Source: Auanema rhodensis (lineage: Eukaryota > Animalia > Nematoda). Taken from it: 64,000 bases of DNA. The position numbers and the translations under genes are program-made. Below, piece after piece: positions 10,285 to 25,200 of the stretch; the first letter of the stretch is position 1; each line of letters begins with the position of its first letter. Location: contig OZ059894.1 in the NCBI GenBank assembly GCA_964057225.1, forward strand, positions 434,001-498,000, given 5' to 3'. Below the pieces are notes generated by a model. That model did no database searches. It had not been told where the DNA came from and was given only the letters and a program-made list of their open reading frames with translations.

Positions 10285-13200
10285 TTTCACGTGAAGCGAG
10301 TTACATACCAAGTGCACATCACGTGTACATTTAATTAGCATAAATTAAAGTTCACGTAAATTTCAAAGTCATGGTTACCATGCACTAATATCAATAAAAT
10401 ATTGTTTTTAGACTAATATGGACATGGGGAATCTAATTTTGAAAACCGCATCTCTTTATCTTTCACGTGAAGCGAGTTACATACCAAGTGCACATCACGT
10501 GTACATTTAATTAGCATAAATTAAAGTTCACGTAATTTTCAAAGACATGGTTACCATGAACCAATATCAATAAAAAATTGTTTTTAGACTAATATGGACA
10601 TGGGGAATCTAATTTTGAAAACCGCATCTCTTCATCTTTCACGTGAAGCGAGTTACATACCAAGTGCACATCACGTGTACATTTAATTAGCATAAATTAA
10701 AGTTCACGTAAATTTCAAAGTCATGGTTACCATGAACCAATATCAATAAAAATTTGTTTTTAGACTAATATGGACATGGGGAATCTGATTTTGGAAACCG
10801 CATCTCTTTATCTTTCACGTGAAGCGAGTTACATACCAAGTGCACATCACGTGTACATTTAATTAGCATAAATTAAAGTTCACGTAAATTTCAAAGTCAT
10901 GGTTACCATGAACCAATATCAATAAAAATTTGTTTTTAGACTAATATGGACATGGGGAATCTAGTTTTGAAAACCGCATCTCTTTATCTTTCACGTGAAG
11001 CGAGTTACATACCAATTGCACATCACGTGTACATTTAATTAGCATAAATTAAAGTTCACGTAAATTTCAAAGTCATGGTTACCATGAACCAATATCAATA
11101 AAAATTTGTTTTTAGACTAATATGGACATGGGGAATCTAATTTTGAAAACCGCATCTCTTTATCTTTCACGTGAAGCGAGTTACATACCAATTGCACATC
11201 ACGTGTACATTTAATTAGCATAAATTGAAGTTCACGTAAATTTCAAAGTCATGGTTACCATGCAACAATATCAATAAAAATTTGTTTTTAGACTAATATG
11301 GACATGGGGAATCTAATTTTGAAAACCGCATCTCTTTATCTTTCACGTGAAGCGAGTTACATACCAAGTGCACATCACGTGTACATTTAATTAGCATAAA
11401 TTAAAGTTCACGTAATTTTCAAAGACATGGTTACCATGAACCAATATCAATAAAAATTTGTTTTTAGACTAATATGGACATGGGGAATCTAATTTTGGAA
11501 ACCGCATCTTTTTATCTTTCACGTGAAGCGAGTTACATACCAAGTGCACATCATGTGTACATTTAATTAGCATAAATTAAAGTTCACGTAAATTTCAAAG
11601 TCATGGTTACCATGAACCAATATCAATAAAAAATTTTTTTAGACTAATATGGACATGGGGAATCTAATTTTGAAAACCTCATCTCTTCATCTTTCACGTG
11701 AAGCGAGTTACATACCAAGTGCACATCACGTGTACATTTAATTAGCATAAATGAAAGTTCACGTAAATTTCAAAGTCATGGTTACCATGAACCAATATCA
11801 ATAAAAATTTGTTTTTAGACTAATATGGACATGGGGAATCTGATTTTGAAAACCGCATCTCTTTATCTTTCACGTGAAGCGAGTTACATACCAAGTGCAC
11901 ATCACGTGTACATTTAATTAGCATAAATTAAAGTTCACGTAAATTTCAAAGTCATGGTTACCATGAACCAATATCAATAAAAATTTGTTTTTAGACTAAT
12001 ATGGACATGAGGAATCTAGTTTTGAAAACCGCATCTCTTTATCTTTCACGTGAAGCGAGTTACATACCAATTGCACATCACGTGTACATTTAATTAGCAT
12101 AAATTAAAGTTCACGTAAATTTCAAAGTCATGGTTACCATGAACCAATATCAATAAAAATTTGTTTTTAGACTAATATGGACATGGGGAATCTAATTTTG
12201 AAAACCGCATCTCTTTATCTTTCACGTGAAGCGAGTTACATACCAAGTGCACATCACGTGTACATTTAATTAGCATAAATTAAAGTTCACGTAAATTTCA
12301 AAGTCATGGTTACCATGCACCAATATCAATAAAAATTTGTTTTTAGACTAATATGGACATGGGGAATCTGATTTTGAAAACCGCATCTCTTTATCTTTCA
12401 CGTGAAGCGAGTTACATACCAAGTGCACATCACGTGTACATTTAATTAGCATAAATTAAAGTTCACGTAAATTTCAAAGTCATGGTTACCATGAACCAAT
12501 ATCAATAAAAATTTGTTTTTAGACTAATATGGACATGAGGAATCTAGTTTTGAAAACCGCATCTCTTTATCTTTCACGTGAAGCGAGTTACATACCAATT
12601 GCACATCACGTGTACATTTAATTAGCATAAATTAAAGTTCACGTAAATTTCAAAGTCATGGTTACCATGAACCAATATCAATAAAAATTTGTTTTTAGAC
12701 TAATATGGACATGGGGAATCTAATTTTGAAAACCGCATCTCTTTATCTTTCACGTGAAGCGAGTTACATACCAAGTGCACATCACGTGTACATTTAATTA
12801 GCATAAATTAAAGTTCACGTAAATTTCAAAGTCATGGTTACCATGCACCAATATCAATAAAAATTTGTTTTTAGACTAATATGGACATGGGGAATCTAAT
12901 TTTGAAAACCGCATCTCTTTATCTTTCACGTGAAGCGAGTTACATACCAAGTGCACATCACGTGTACATTTAATTAGCATAAATTAAAGTTCACGTAATT
13001 TTCAAAGACATGGTTACCATGAACCAATATCAATAAAAATTTGTTTTTAGACTAATATGGATATGGGGAATCTAATTTTGAAAACCGCATCTCTTTATCT
13101 TTCACGTGAAGCGAGTTACATACCAAGTGCACATCACGTGTACATTTAATTAGCATAAATTAAAGTTCACGTAATTTTCAAAGACATGGTTACCATGAAC

Positions 13201-16200
13201 CAATATCAATAAAAATTTGTTTTTAGACTAATATGGACATGGGGAATCTAATTTTGAAAACCGCATCTCTTTATCTTTCACGTGAAGCGAGTTACATACC
13301 AAGTGCACATCACGTGTACATTTAATTAGCATAAATTAAAGTTCACGTAAATTTCAAAGTCATGGTTACCATGAACCAATATCAATAAAAATTTGTTTTT
13401 AGACTAATATGGACATGGGGAATCTAGTTTTGAAAACCGCATCTCTTTATCTTTCACGTGAAGCGAGTTACATACCAAGTGCACATCACGTGTACATTTA
13501 ATTAGCATAAATTAAAGTTCACGTAAATTTCAAAGTCATGGTTACCATGCACCAATATAAATAAAAATTTGTATTTAGACTAATATGGACATGGGGAATC
13601 TAATTTTGAAAACCGCATCTCTTTATCTTTCACGTGAAGCGAGTTACATACCAAGCGCACATCACGTGTACATTTAATTAGCATAAATTAAAGTTCACGT
13701 AAATTTCAAAGTCATGGTTACCATGAACCAATATCAATAAAAATTTGTTTTTAGACTAATATGGACATGGGGAATCTAATTTTGAAAACCGCATCTCTTT
13801 ATCTATCACGTGAAGCGAGTTACATACCAAGTGCACATCACGTGTACATTTAAATAGCATAAATTAAAGTTCACGTAAATTTCAAAATCATGGTTATCAT
13901 GAATTAATATCAATAAAAATTTGTTTTTGGACTAATATGGACATGGGGATTCTAATTTTGAAAACCGCATCTCTTTATCTATCACGTGAAGCGAGTTACA
14001 TACCAAGTGCACATCACGTGTACATTTAATTAGCATAAATTAAAGTTCACGTAATTTTCAAAGACATGGTTACCATGAACCAATATCAATAAAAATTTGT
14101 TTTTAGACTAATATGGACATGGGGAATCTAATTTTGAAAACCGCATCTTTTTATCTTTCACGTGAAGCGAGTTACATACCAAGTGCACATCATGTGTACA
14201 TTTAATTAGCATAAATTAAAGTTCACGTAAATTTCAAAGTCATGGTTACCATGAACCAATATCAATAAAAATTTTTTTTAGACTAATATGGACATGGGGA
14301 ATCTAATTTTGAAAACCGCATCTCTTTATCTTTCACGTGAAGCGAGTTACATACCAAGTGCACATCACGTGTACATTTAATTAGCATAAATTAAAGTTCA
14401 CGTAATTTTCAAAGACATGGTTACCATGAATCAATATCAATAAAAATTTGTTTTTAGACTAATATGGACATGGGGAATCTAATTTTGAAAACCGCATCTC
14501 TTTATCTTTCACGTGAAGCGAGTTACATACCAAGTGCACATCACGTGTACATTTAATTAGCATAAATTAAAGTTCACGTAAATTTCAAAGTCATGGTTAC
14601 CATGAACCAATATCAATAAAAATTTGTTTTTAGACTAATATGGACATGGGAAATCTAGTTTTGAAAACCGCATCTCTTTATCTTTCACGTGAAGCGAGTT
14701 ACATACCAAGTGCACATCACGTGTACATTTAATTAGCATAAATTAAAGTTCACGTAAATTTCAAAGTCATGGTTACCATGCACCAATATAAATAAAAATT
14801 TGTATTTAGACTAATATGGACATGGGGAATCTAATTTTGAAAACCGCATCTCTTTATCTTTCACGTGAAGCGAGTTACATACCAAGCGCACATCACGTGT
14901 ACATTTAATTAGCATAAATTAAAGTTCACGTAAATTTCAAAGTCATGGTTACCATGAACCAATATCAATAAAAATTTGTTTTTAGACTAATATGGACATG
15001 GGGAATCTAATTTTGAAAACCGCATCTCTTTATCTTTCACGTGAAGCGAGTTACATACCAAGTGCACATCACGTGTACATTTAATTAGCATAAATTAAAG
15101 TTCACGTAAATTTCAAAATCATGGTTATCATGAATTAATATCAATAAAAATTTGTTTTTGGACTAATATGGACATGGGGATTCTAATTTTGAAAACCGCA
15201 TCTCTTTATCTATCACGTGAAGCGAGTTACATACCAAGTGCACATCACGTGTACATTTAATTAGCATAAATTAAAGTTCACGTAAATTTCAAAGTCATGG
15301 TTACCATGAACCAATATCAATAAAAATTTGTTTTTAGACTAATATGGACATGGGGAATCTAGTTTTGAAAACCGCATCTCTTTATCTTTCACGTGAAGCG
15401 AGTTACATACCAAGTGCACATCACGTGTACATTTAATTAGCATAAATTAAAGTTCACGTAAATTTCAAAGTCATGGTTACCATGCACCAATATAAATAAA
15501 AATTTGTATTTAGACTAATATGGACATGGGGAATCTAATTTTGAAAACCGCATCTCTTTATCTTTCACGTGAAGCGAGTTACATACCAAGCGCACATCAC
15601 GTGTACATTTAATTAGCATAAATTAAAGTTCACGTAAATTTCAAAGTCATGGTTACCATGAACCAATATCAATAAAAATTTGTTTTTAGACTAATATGGA
15701 CATGGGGAATCTAATTTTGAAAACCGCATCTCTTTATCTATCACTTGAAGCGAGTTACATACCAAGTGCACATCACGTGTACATTTAATTAGCATAAATT
15801 AAAGTTCACGTAAATTTCAAAATCATGGTTATCATGAATTAATATCAATAAAAATTTGTTTTTGGACTAATATGGACATGGGGATTCTAATTTTGAAAAC
15901 CGCATCTCTTTATCTATCACGTGAAGCGAGTTACATACCAAGTGCACATCACGTGTACATTTAATTAGCATAAATTAAAGTTCACGTAATTTTCAAAGAC
16001 ATGGTTACCATGAACCAATATCAATAAAAATTTGTTTTTAGACTAATATGGACATGGGGAATCTAATTTTGAAAACCGCATCTTTTTATCTTTCACGTGA
16101 AGCGAGTTACATACCAAGTGCACATCATGTGTACATTTAATTAGCATAAATTAAAGTTCACGTAAATTTCAAAGTCATGGTTACCATGAACCAATATCAA
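10285..16200 (+). repeat. Segmental duplicate of array block 1-~6970
   Basis: The same ordered rare variants occur at offset 10284 for monomers 1-11 (GCACTAAT, CTGATTTTGG, TTGAAG+GCAAC, AAATGAAAG, CATGAGG). They occur at offset 9229 for ~3.4-6.97 kb (GATATGG 3831/13060, ATCACTTG 6511/15740). Confidence 0.9.
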
Positions 16201-19200
16201 TAAAAATTTTTTTTAGACTAATATGGACATGGGGAATCTAATTTTGAAAACCGCATCTCTTTATCTTTCACGTGAAGCGAGTTACATACCAAGTGCACAT
16301 CACGTGTACATTTAATTAGCATAAATTAAAGTTCACGTAAATTTCAAAGTCATGGTTACCATGCACCAATATAAATAAAAATTTGTATTTAGACTAATAT
16401 GGACATGGGGAATCTAATTTTGAAAACCGCATCTCTTTATCTTTCACGTGAAGCGAGTTACATACCAAGCGCACATCACGTGTACATTTAATTAGCATAA
16501 ATTAAAGTTCACGTAAATTTCAAAGTCATGGTTACCATGAACCAATATCAATAAAAATTTGTTTTTAGACTAATATGGACATGGGGAATCTAATTTTGAA
16601 AACCGCATCTCTTTATCTTTCACGTGAAGCGAGTTACATACCAAGTGCACATCACGTGTACATTTAATTAGCATAAATTAAAGTTCACGTAAATTTCAAA
16701 ATCATGGTTATCATGAATTAATATCAATAAAAATTTGTTTTTGGACTAATATGGACATGGGGATTCTAATTTTGAAAACCGCATCTCTTTATCTATCACG
16801 TGAAGCGAGTTACATACCAAGTGCACATCACGTGTACATTTAATTAGCATAAATTAAAGTTCACGTAAATTTCAAAGTCATGGTTACCATGAACCAATAT
16901 CAATAAAAATTTGTTTTTAGACTAATATGGACATGGGGAATCTAATTTTGAAAACCGCATCTCTTTATCTTTCACGTGAAGCGAGTTACATACCAAATGC
17001 ACATCACGTGTACATTTAATTAGCATAAATTAAAGTTCACGTAAATTTCAAAGTCATGGTTACCATGAACCAATATCAATAAAAATTTGTTTTTAGACTA
17101 ATATGGACATGGGGAATCTAATTTTGAAAACCGCATCTCTTTATCTTTCACGTGAAGCGAGTTACATACCAAGTGCACATCACGTGTACATTTAATTAGC
17201 ATAAATTAAAGTTCACGTAAATTTCAAAGTCATGGTTACCATGCACCAATATCAATAAAAATTTGTTTTTGGACTAATATGGACATGGGGATTCTAATTT
17301 TGAAAACCGCATCTCTTTATCTATCACGTGAAGCGAGTTACATACCAAGTGCACATCACGTGTACATTTAATTAGCATAAATTAAAGTTCACGTAAATTT
17401 CAAAGTCATGGTTACCATGAACCAATATCAATAAAAATTTGTTTTTAGACTAATATGGACATGGGGAATCTAATTTTGAAAACCGCATCTCTTTATCTTT
17501 CACGTGAAGCGAGTTACATACCAAATGCACATCACGTGTACATTTAATTAGCATAAATTAAAGTTCACGTAAATTTCAAAGTCATGGTTACCATGAACCA
17601 ATATCAATAAAAATTTGTTTTTAGACTAATATGGACATGGGGAATCTAATTTTGAAAACCGCATCTCTTTATCTTTCACGTGAAGCGAGTTACATACCAA
17701 GTGCACATCACGTGTACATTTAATTAGCATAAATTAAAGTTCACGTAAATTTCAAAGTCATGGTTACCATGCACCAATATCAATAAAATATTGTTTTTAG
17801 ACTAATATGGACATGGGGAATCTAATTTTGAAAACTGCATCTCTTTATCTTTCACGTGAAGCGAGTTACATACCAAGTGCACATCACGTGTACATTTAAT
17901 TAGCATAAATTAAAGTTCACGTTATTTTCAAAGACATGGTTACCATGAACCAATATCAATAAAAATTTGTTTTTAGACTAATATGGACATGGGGAATCTA
18001 ATTTTGAAAACCGCATCTCTTCATCTTTCACGTGAAGCGAGTTACATACCAAGTGCACATCACGTGTACATTTAATTAGCATAAATTAATGTTCACGTAA
18101 ATTTCAAAGTCATGGTTACCATGAACCAATATCAATAAAAATTTGTTTTTAGACTAATATGCACATGGGGAATCTAATTTTGAAAACCGCATCTCTTTAT
18201 CTTTCACGTGAAGCGAGTTACATACCAAGTGCACATCACGTGTACATTTAATTAGCATAAATTAAAGTTCACGTAAATTTCAAAGTCATGGTTACCATGA
18301 ACCAATATCAATAAAAATTTGTTTTTAGACTAATATCGACATGGGGAATCTAATTTTGAAAACCGCATCTCTTTATCTTTCACGTGAAACGAGTTACATA
18401 CCAAGTGCACATCACGTGTACATTTAATTAGCATAAATTAAAGTTCACGTAAATTTCAAAGTCATGGTTACCATGCACCAATATCAATAAAATATTGTTT
18501 TTAGACTAATATGGACATGGGGAATCTAATTTTGAAAACTGCATCTCTTTATCTTTCACGTGAAGCGAGTTACATACCAAGTGCACATCACGTGTACATT
18601 TAATTAGCATAAATTAAAGTTCACGTTATTTTCAAAGACATGGTTACCATGAACCAATATCAATAAAAATTTGTTTTTAGACTAATATGGACATGGGGAA
18701 TCTAATTTTGAAAACCGCATCTCTTCATCTTTCACGTGAAGCGAGTTACATACCAAGTGCACATCACGTGTACATTTAATTAGCATAAATTAAAGTTCAC
18801 GTAAATTTCAAAGTCATGGTTACCATGAACCAATATCAATAAAAATTTGTTTTTAGACTAATATCGACATGGGGAATCTAATTTTGAAAACCGCATCTCT
18901 TTATCTTTCACGTGAAACGAGTTACATACCAAGTGCACATCACGTGTACATTTAATTAGCATAAATTAAAGTTCACGTAAATTTCAAAGTCATGGTTACC
19001 ATGCACCAATATCAATAAAATATTGTTTTTAGACTAATATGGACATGGGGAATCTAATTTTGAAAACTGCATCTCTTTATCTTTCACGTGAAGCGAGTTA
19101 CATACCAAGTGCACATCACGTGTACATTTAATTAGCATAAATTAAAGTTCACGTTATTTTCAAAGACATGGTTACCATGAACCAATATCAATAAAAATTT

Positions 19201-22200
19201 GTTTTTAGACTAATATGGACATGGGGAATCTAATTTTGAAAACCGCATCTCTTCATCTTTCACGTGAAGCGAGTTACATACCAAGTGCAAATCACGTGTA
19301 CATTTAATTAGCATAAATTAAAGTTCACGTAAATTTCAAAGTCATGGTTACCATGAACCAATATCAATAAAAATTTGTTTTTAGACTAATATGGACATGG
19401 GGAATCTAGTTTTGAAAACCGCATCTCTTTATCTTTCACGTGAAGCGAGTTACATACCAAGTGCACATCACGTGTACATTTAATTAGCATAAATTAAAGT
19501 TCACGTAAATTTCAAAGTCATGGTTACCATGAACCAATATCAATAAAATATTGTTTTTAGACTAATATGGACATGGGGAATCTAATTTTGAAAACTGCAT
19601 CTCTTTATCTTTCACGTGAAGCGAGTTACATACCAAGTGCACATCATGTGTACATTTAATTAGCATAAATTAAAGTTCACGTTATTTTCAAAGACATGGT
19701 TACCATGAACCAATATCAATAAAAATTTGTTTTTAGACTAATATGGACATGGGGAATCTAATTTTGAAAACCGCATCTCTTCATCTTTCACGTGAAGCGA
19801 GTTACATACCAAGTGCACATCACGTGTACATTTAATTAGAATAAATTAATGTTCACGTAAATTTCAAAGTCATGGTTACCATGAACCAATATCAATAAAA
19901 ATTTGTTTTTAGACTAATATGGACATGGGGAATCTAATTTTGAAAACCGCATCTCTTTATCTTTCACGTGAAGCGAGTTACATACCAAGTGCACATCACG
20001 TGTACATTTAATTAGCATAAATTAAAGTTCACGTAAATTTCAAAGTCATGGTTACCATGAACCAATATCAATAAAAATTTGTTTTTAGACTAATATCGAC
20101 ATGGGGAATCTAATTTTGAAAACCGCATCTCTTTATCTTTCACGTGAAACGAGTTACATACCAAGTGCACATCACGTGTACATTTAATTAGCATAAATTA
20201 AAGTTCACGTAAATTTCAAAGTCATGGTTACCATGCACCAATATCAATAAAATATTGTTTTTAGACTAATATGGACATGGGGAATCTAATTTTGAAAACT
20301 GCATCTCTTTATCTTTCACGTGAAGCGAGTTACATACCAAGTGCACATCACGTGTACATTTAATTAGCATAAATTAAAGTTCACGTTATTTTCAAAGACA
20401 TGGTTACCATGAACCAATATCAATAAAAATTTGTTTTTAGACTAATATGGACATGGGGAATCTAATTTTGAAAACCGCATCTCTTCATCTTTCACGTGAA
20501 GCGAGTTACATACCAAGTGCACATCACGTGTACATTTAATTAGCATAAATTAAAGTTCACGTAAATTTCAAAGTCATGGTTACCATGAACCAATATCAAT
20601 AAAAATTTGTTTTTAGACTAATATGGACATGGGGAATCTAGTTTTGAAAACCGCATCTCTTTATCTTTCACGTGAAGCGAGTTACATACCAAGTGCACAT
20701 CACGTGTACATTTAATTAGCATAAATTAAAGTTCACGTAAATTTCAAAGTCATGGTTACCATGCACCAATATAAATAAAAATTTGTTTTTAGACTAATAT
20801 GGTCATGGGGAATCTAATTTTGAAAACCGCATCTCTTTATCTTTCACGTGAAGCGAGTTACATACCAAGTGCACATCACGTGTACATTCAATTAGCATAA
20901 ATTAAAGTTCACGTAAATTTCAAAGTCATGGTTATCATGAATTAATATCAATAAAAATTTGTTTTTGGACTAATATGGACATGGGGATTCTAGTTTTGAA
21001 AACCGCATCTCTTTATCTTTCACGTGAAGCGAGTTACATACCAAGTGCACATCACGTGTACATTTAATTAGCATAAATTGAAGTTCACGTAAATTTCAAA
21101 GTCATGGTTATCATGAATTAATATCAATAAAAATTTGTTTTTGGACTAATATGGACATGGGGATTCTAGTTTTGAAAACCGCATCTCTTTATCTTTCACG
21201 TGAAGCGAGTTACATACCAAGTGCACATCACGTGTACATTTAATTAGCATAAATTAAAGTTCACGTAAATTTCAAAATCATGGTTATCATGAATTAATAT
21301 CAATAAAAATTTGTTTTTGGACTAATATGGACATGGGGATTCTAGTTTTGAAAACCGCATCTCTTTATCTTTCACGTGAAGCGAGTTACATACCAAGTGC
21401 ACATCACGTGTACATTTAATTAGCATGAATTAAAGTTCACGTAAATTTCAAAATCATGGTTATCATGAATTAATATCAATAAAAATTTGTTTTTGGACTA
21501 ATATGGACATGGGGATTCTAGTTTTGAAAACCGCATCTCTTTATCTTTCACGTGAAGCGAGTTACATACCAAATGCACATCACGTGTACATTCAATTAGC
21601 ATAAATTAAAGTTCACGTAAATTTCAAAATCATGGTTATCATGAATTAATATCAATAAAAATTTGTTTTTGGACTAATATGGACATGGGGATTCTAGTTT
21701 TGAAAACCGCATCTCTTTATCTTTCACGTGAAGCGAGTTACATACCAAGTGCACATCACGTGTACATTTAATTAGCATAAATTAAAGTTCACGTAAATTT
21801 CAAAGTCATGGTTACCATGCACCAATATAAATAAAAATTTGTTTTTAGACTAATATGGACATGGGGAATCTAATTTTGAAAACCGCATCTCTTTATCTTT
21901 CACGTGAAGCGAGTTACATACCAAGTGCACATCACGTGTACATTCAATTAGCATAAATTAAAGTTCACGTAAATTTCAAAATCATGGTTATTATGAATTA
22001 ATATCAATAAAAATTTGTTTTTGGACTAATATGGACATGGGGATTCTAATTTTGAAAACCGCATCTCTTTATCTTTCACGTGAAGCGAGTTACATACCAA
22101 GTGCACATCACGTGTACATTTAATTAGCATAAATTAAAGTTCACGTAATTTTCAAAGACATGGTTACCATGAACCAATATCAATAAAAATTTGTTTTTAG

Positions 22201-25200
22201 ACTAATATGGACATGGGGAATATAATTTTGAAAACCGCATCTCTTTATCTTTCACGTGAAGCGAGTTACATACCAAGTGCACATCACGTGTACATTTAAT
22301 TAGCATAAATTAAAATTCACGTAAATTTCAAAGTCATGGTTACCATGCACCAATATCAATAAAAATTTGTTTTTAGACTAATATGGACATGGGGAATCTA
22401 ATTTTGAAAACCGCATCTCTTTATCTTTCACGTGAAACGAGTTACATACCAAGTGCACATCACGTGTACATTTAATTAGCATAAATTAAAGTTCACGTAA
22501 ATTTCAAAGTCATGGTTACCATGAACCAATATCAATAAAATATTGTTTTTAGACTAATATGGACATGGGGAATCTAATTTCGAAAACCGCATCTCTTTAT
22601 CTTTCACGTGAAGCGAGTTACATACCAAGTGCACATCACGTGTACATTTAATTAGCATAAATTAAAGTTCACGTAAATTTCAAAGTCATGGTTACCATGA
22701 ACCAATATCAATAAAAATTTGTTTTTAGACTAATATGGACATGGGGAATCTAATTTTGAAAACCGCATCTCTTTATCTTTCACGTGAAGCGAGTTACATA
22801 CCAAGTGCACATCACGTGTACATTTAATTAGCATAAATTAAAATTCACGTAAATTTCAAAGTCATGGTTACCATGAACCAATATCAATAAAAATTTGTTT
22901 TTAGACTAATATGGACATGGGGAATCTAATTTTGAAAACCGCATCTCTTTATCTTTCACGTGAAGCGAGTTACATACCAAGTGCACATCACGTGTACATT
23001 TAATTAGCATAAATTAAAGTTCACGTAAATTTCAAAGTCATGGTTACCATGAACCAATATCAATAAAATATTGTTTTTAGACTAATATGGACATGGGGAA
23101 TCTAATTTCGAAAACCGCATCTCTTTATCTTTCACGTGAAGCGAGTTACATACCAAGTGCACATCACGTGTACATTTAATTAGCATAAATTAAAGTTCAC
23201 GTAAATTTCAAAGTCATGGTTACCATGCACCAATATAAATAAAAATTTGTTTTTAGACTAATATGGACATGGGGAATCTAATTTTGAAAACCGCATCTCT
23301 TTATCTTTCACGTGAAGCGAGTTACATACCAAGTGCACATCACGTGTACATTCAATTAGCATAAATTAAAGTTCACGTAAATTTCAAAATCATGGTTATT
23401 ATGAATTAATATCAATAAAAATTTGTTTTTGGACTAATATGGACATGGGGATTCTAATTTTGAAAACCGCATCTCTTTATCTTTCACGTGAAGCGAGTTA
23501 CATACCAAGTGCACATCACGTGTACATTTAATTAGCATAAATTAAAGTTCACGTAATTTTCAAAGACATGGTTACCATGAACCAATATCAATAAAAATTT
23601 GTTTTTAGACTAATATGGACATGGGGAATATAATTTTGAAAACCGCATCTCTTTATCTTTCACGTGAAGCGAGTTACATACCAAGTGCACATCACGTGTA
23701 CATTTAATTAGCATAAATTAAAATTCACGTAAATTTCAAAGTCATGGTTACCATGCACCAATATCAATAAAAATTTGTTTTTAGACTAATATGGACATGG
23801 GGAATCTAATTTTGAAAACCGCATCTCTTTATCTTTCACGTGAAACGAGTTACATACCAAGTGCACATCACGTGTACATTTAATTAGCATAAATTAAAGT
23901 TCACGTAAATTTCAAAGTCATGGTTACCATGAACCAATATCAATAAAATATTGTTTTTAGACTAATATGGACATGGGGAATCTAATTTCGAAAACCGCAT
24001 CTCTTTATCTTTCACGTGAAGCGAGTTACATACCAAGTGCACATCACGTGTACATTTAATTAGCATAAATTAAAGTTCACGTAAATTTCAAAGTCATGGT
24101 TACCATGAACCAATATCAATAAAAATTTGTTTTTAGACTAATATGGACATGGGGAATCTAATTTTGAAAACCGCATCTCTTTATCTTTCACGTGAAGCGA
24201 GTTACATACCAAGTGCACATCACGTGTACATTTAATTAGCATAAATTAAAATTCACGTAAATTTCAAAGTCATGGTTACCATGAACCAATATCAATAAAA
24301 ATTTGTTTTTAGACTAATATGGACATGGGGAATCTAATTTTGAAAACCGCATCTCTTTATCTTTCACGTGAAGCGAGTTACATACCAAGTGCACATCACG
24401 TGTACATTTAATTAGCATAAATTAAAGTTCACGTAAATTTCAAAGTCATGGTTACCATGAACCAATATCAATAAAATATTGTTTTTAGACTAATATGGAC
24501 ATGGGGAATCTAATTTCGAAAACCGCATCTCTTTATCTTTCACGTGAAGCGAGTTACATACCAAGTGCACATCACGTGTACATTTAATTAGCATAAATTA
24601 AAATTCACGTAAATTTCAAAGTCATGGTTACCATGCACCAATATCAATAAAAATTTGTTTTTAGACTAATATGGACATGGGGAATCTAATTTTGAAAACC
24701 GCATCTCTTTATCTTTCACGTGAAGCGAGTTACATACCAAGTGCACATCACGTGTACATTTAATTAGCATAAATTAAAGTTCACGTAAATTTCAAAGTCA
24801 TGGTTACCATGCACCAATATCAATAAAATATTGTTTTTAGACTAATATGGACATGGGGAATCTAATTTTGAAAACTGCATCTCTTTATCTTTCACGTGAA
24901 GCGAGTTACATACCAAGTGCACATCACGTGTACATTTAATTAGCATAAATTAAAGTTCACGTTATTTTCAAAGACATGGTTACCATGAACCAATATCAAT
25001 AAAAATTTGTTTTTAGACTAATATGGACATGGGGAATCTAATTTTGAAAACCGCATCTCTTTATCTTTCACGTGAAACGAGTTACATACCAAGTGCACAT
25101 CACGTGTACATTTAATTAGCATAAATTAAAGTTCACGTAAATTTCAAAGTCATGGTTACCATGAACCAATATCAATAAAAATTTGTTTTTAGACTAATAT

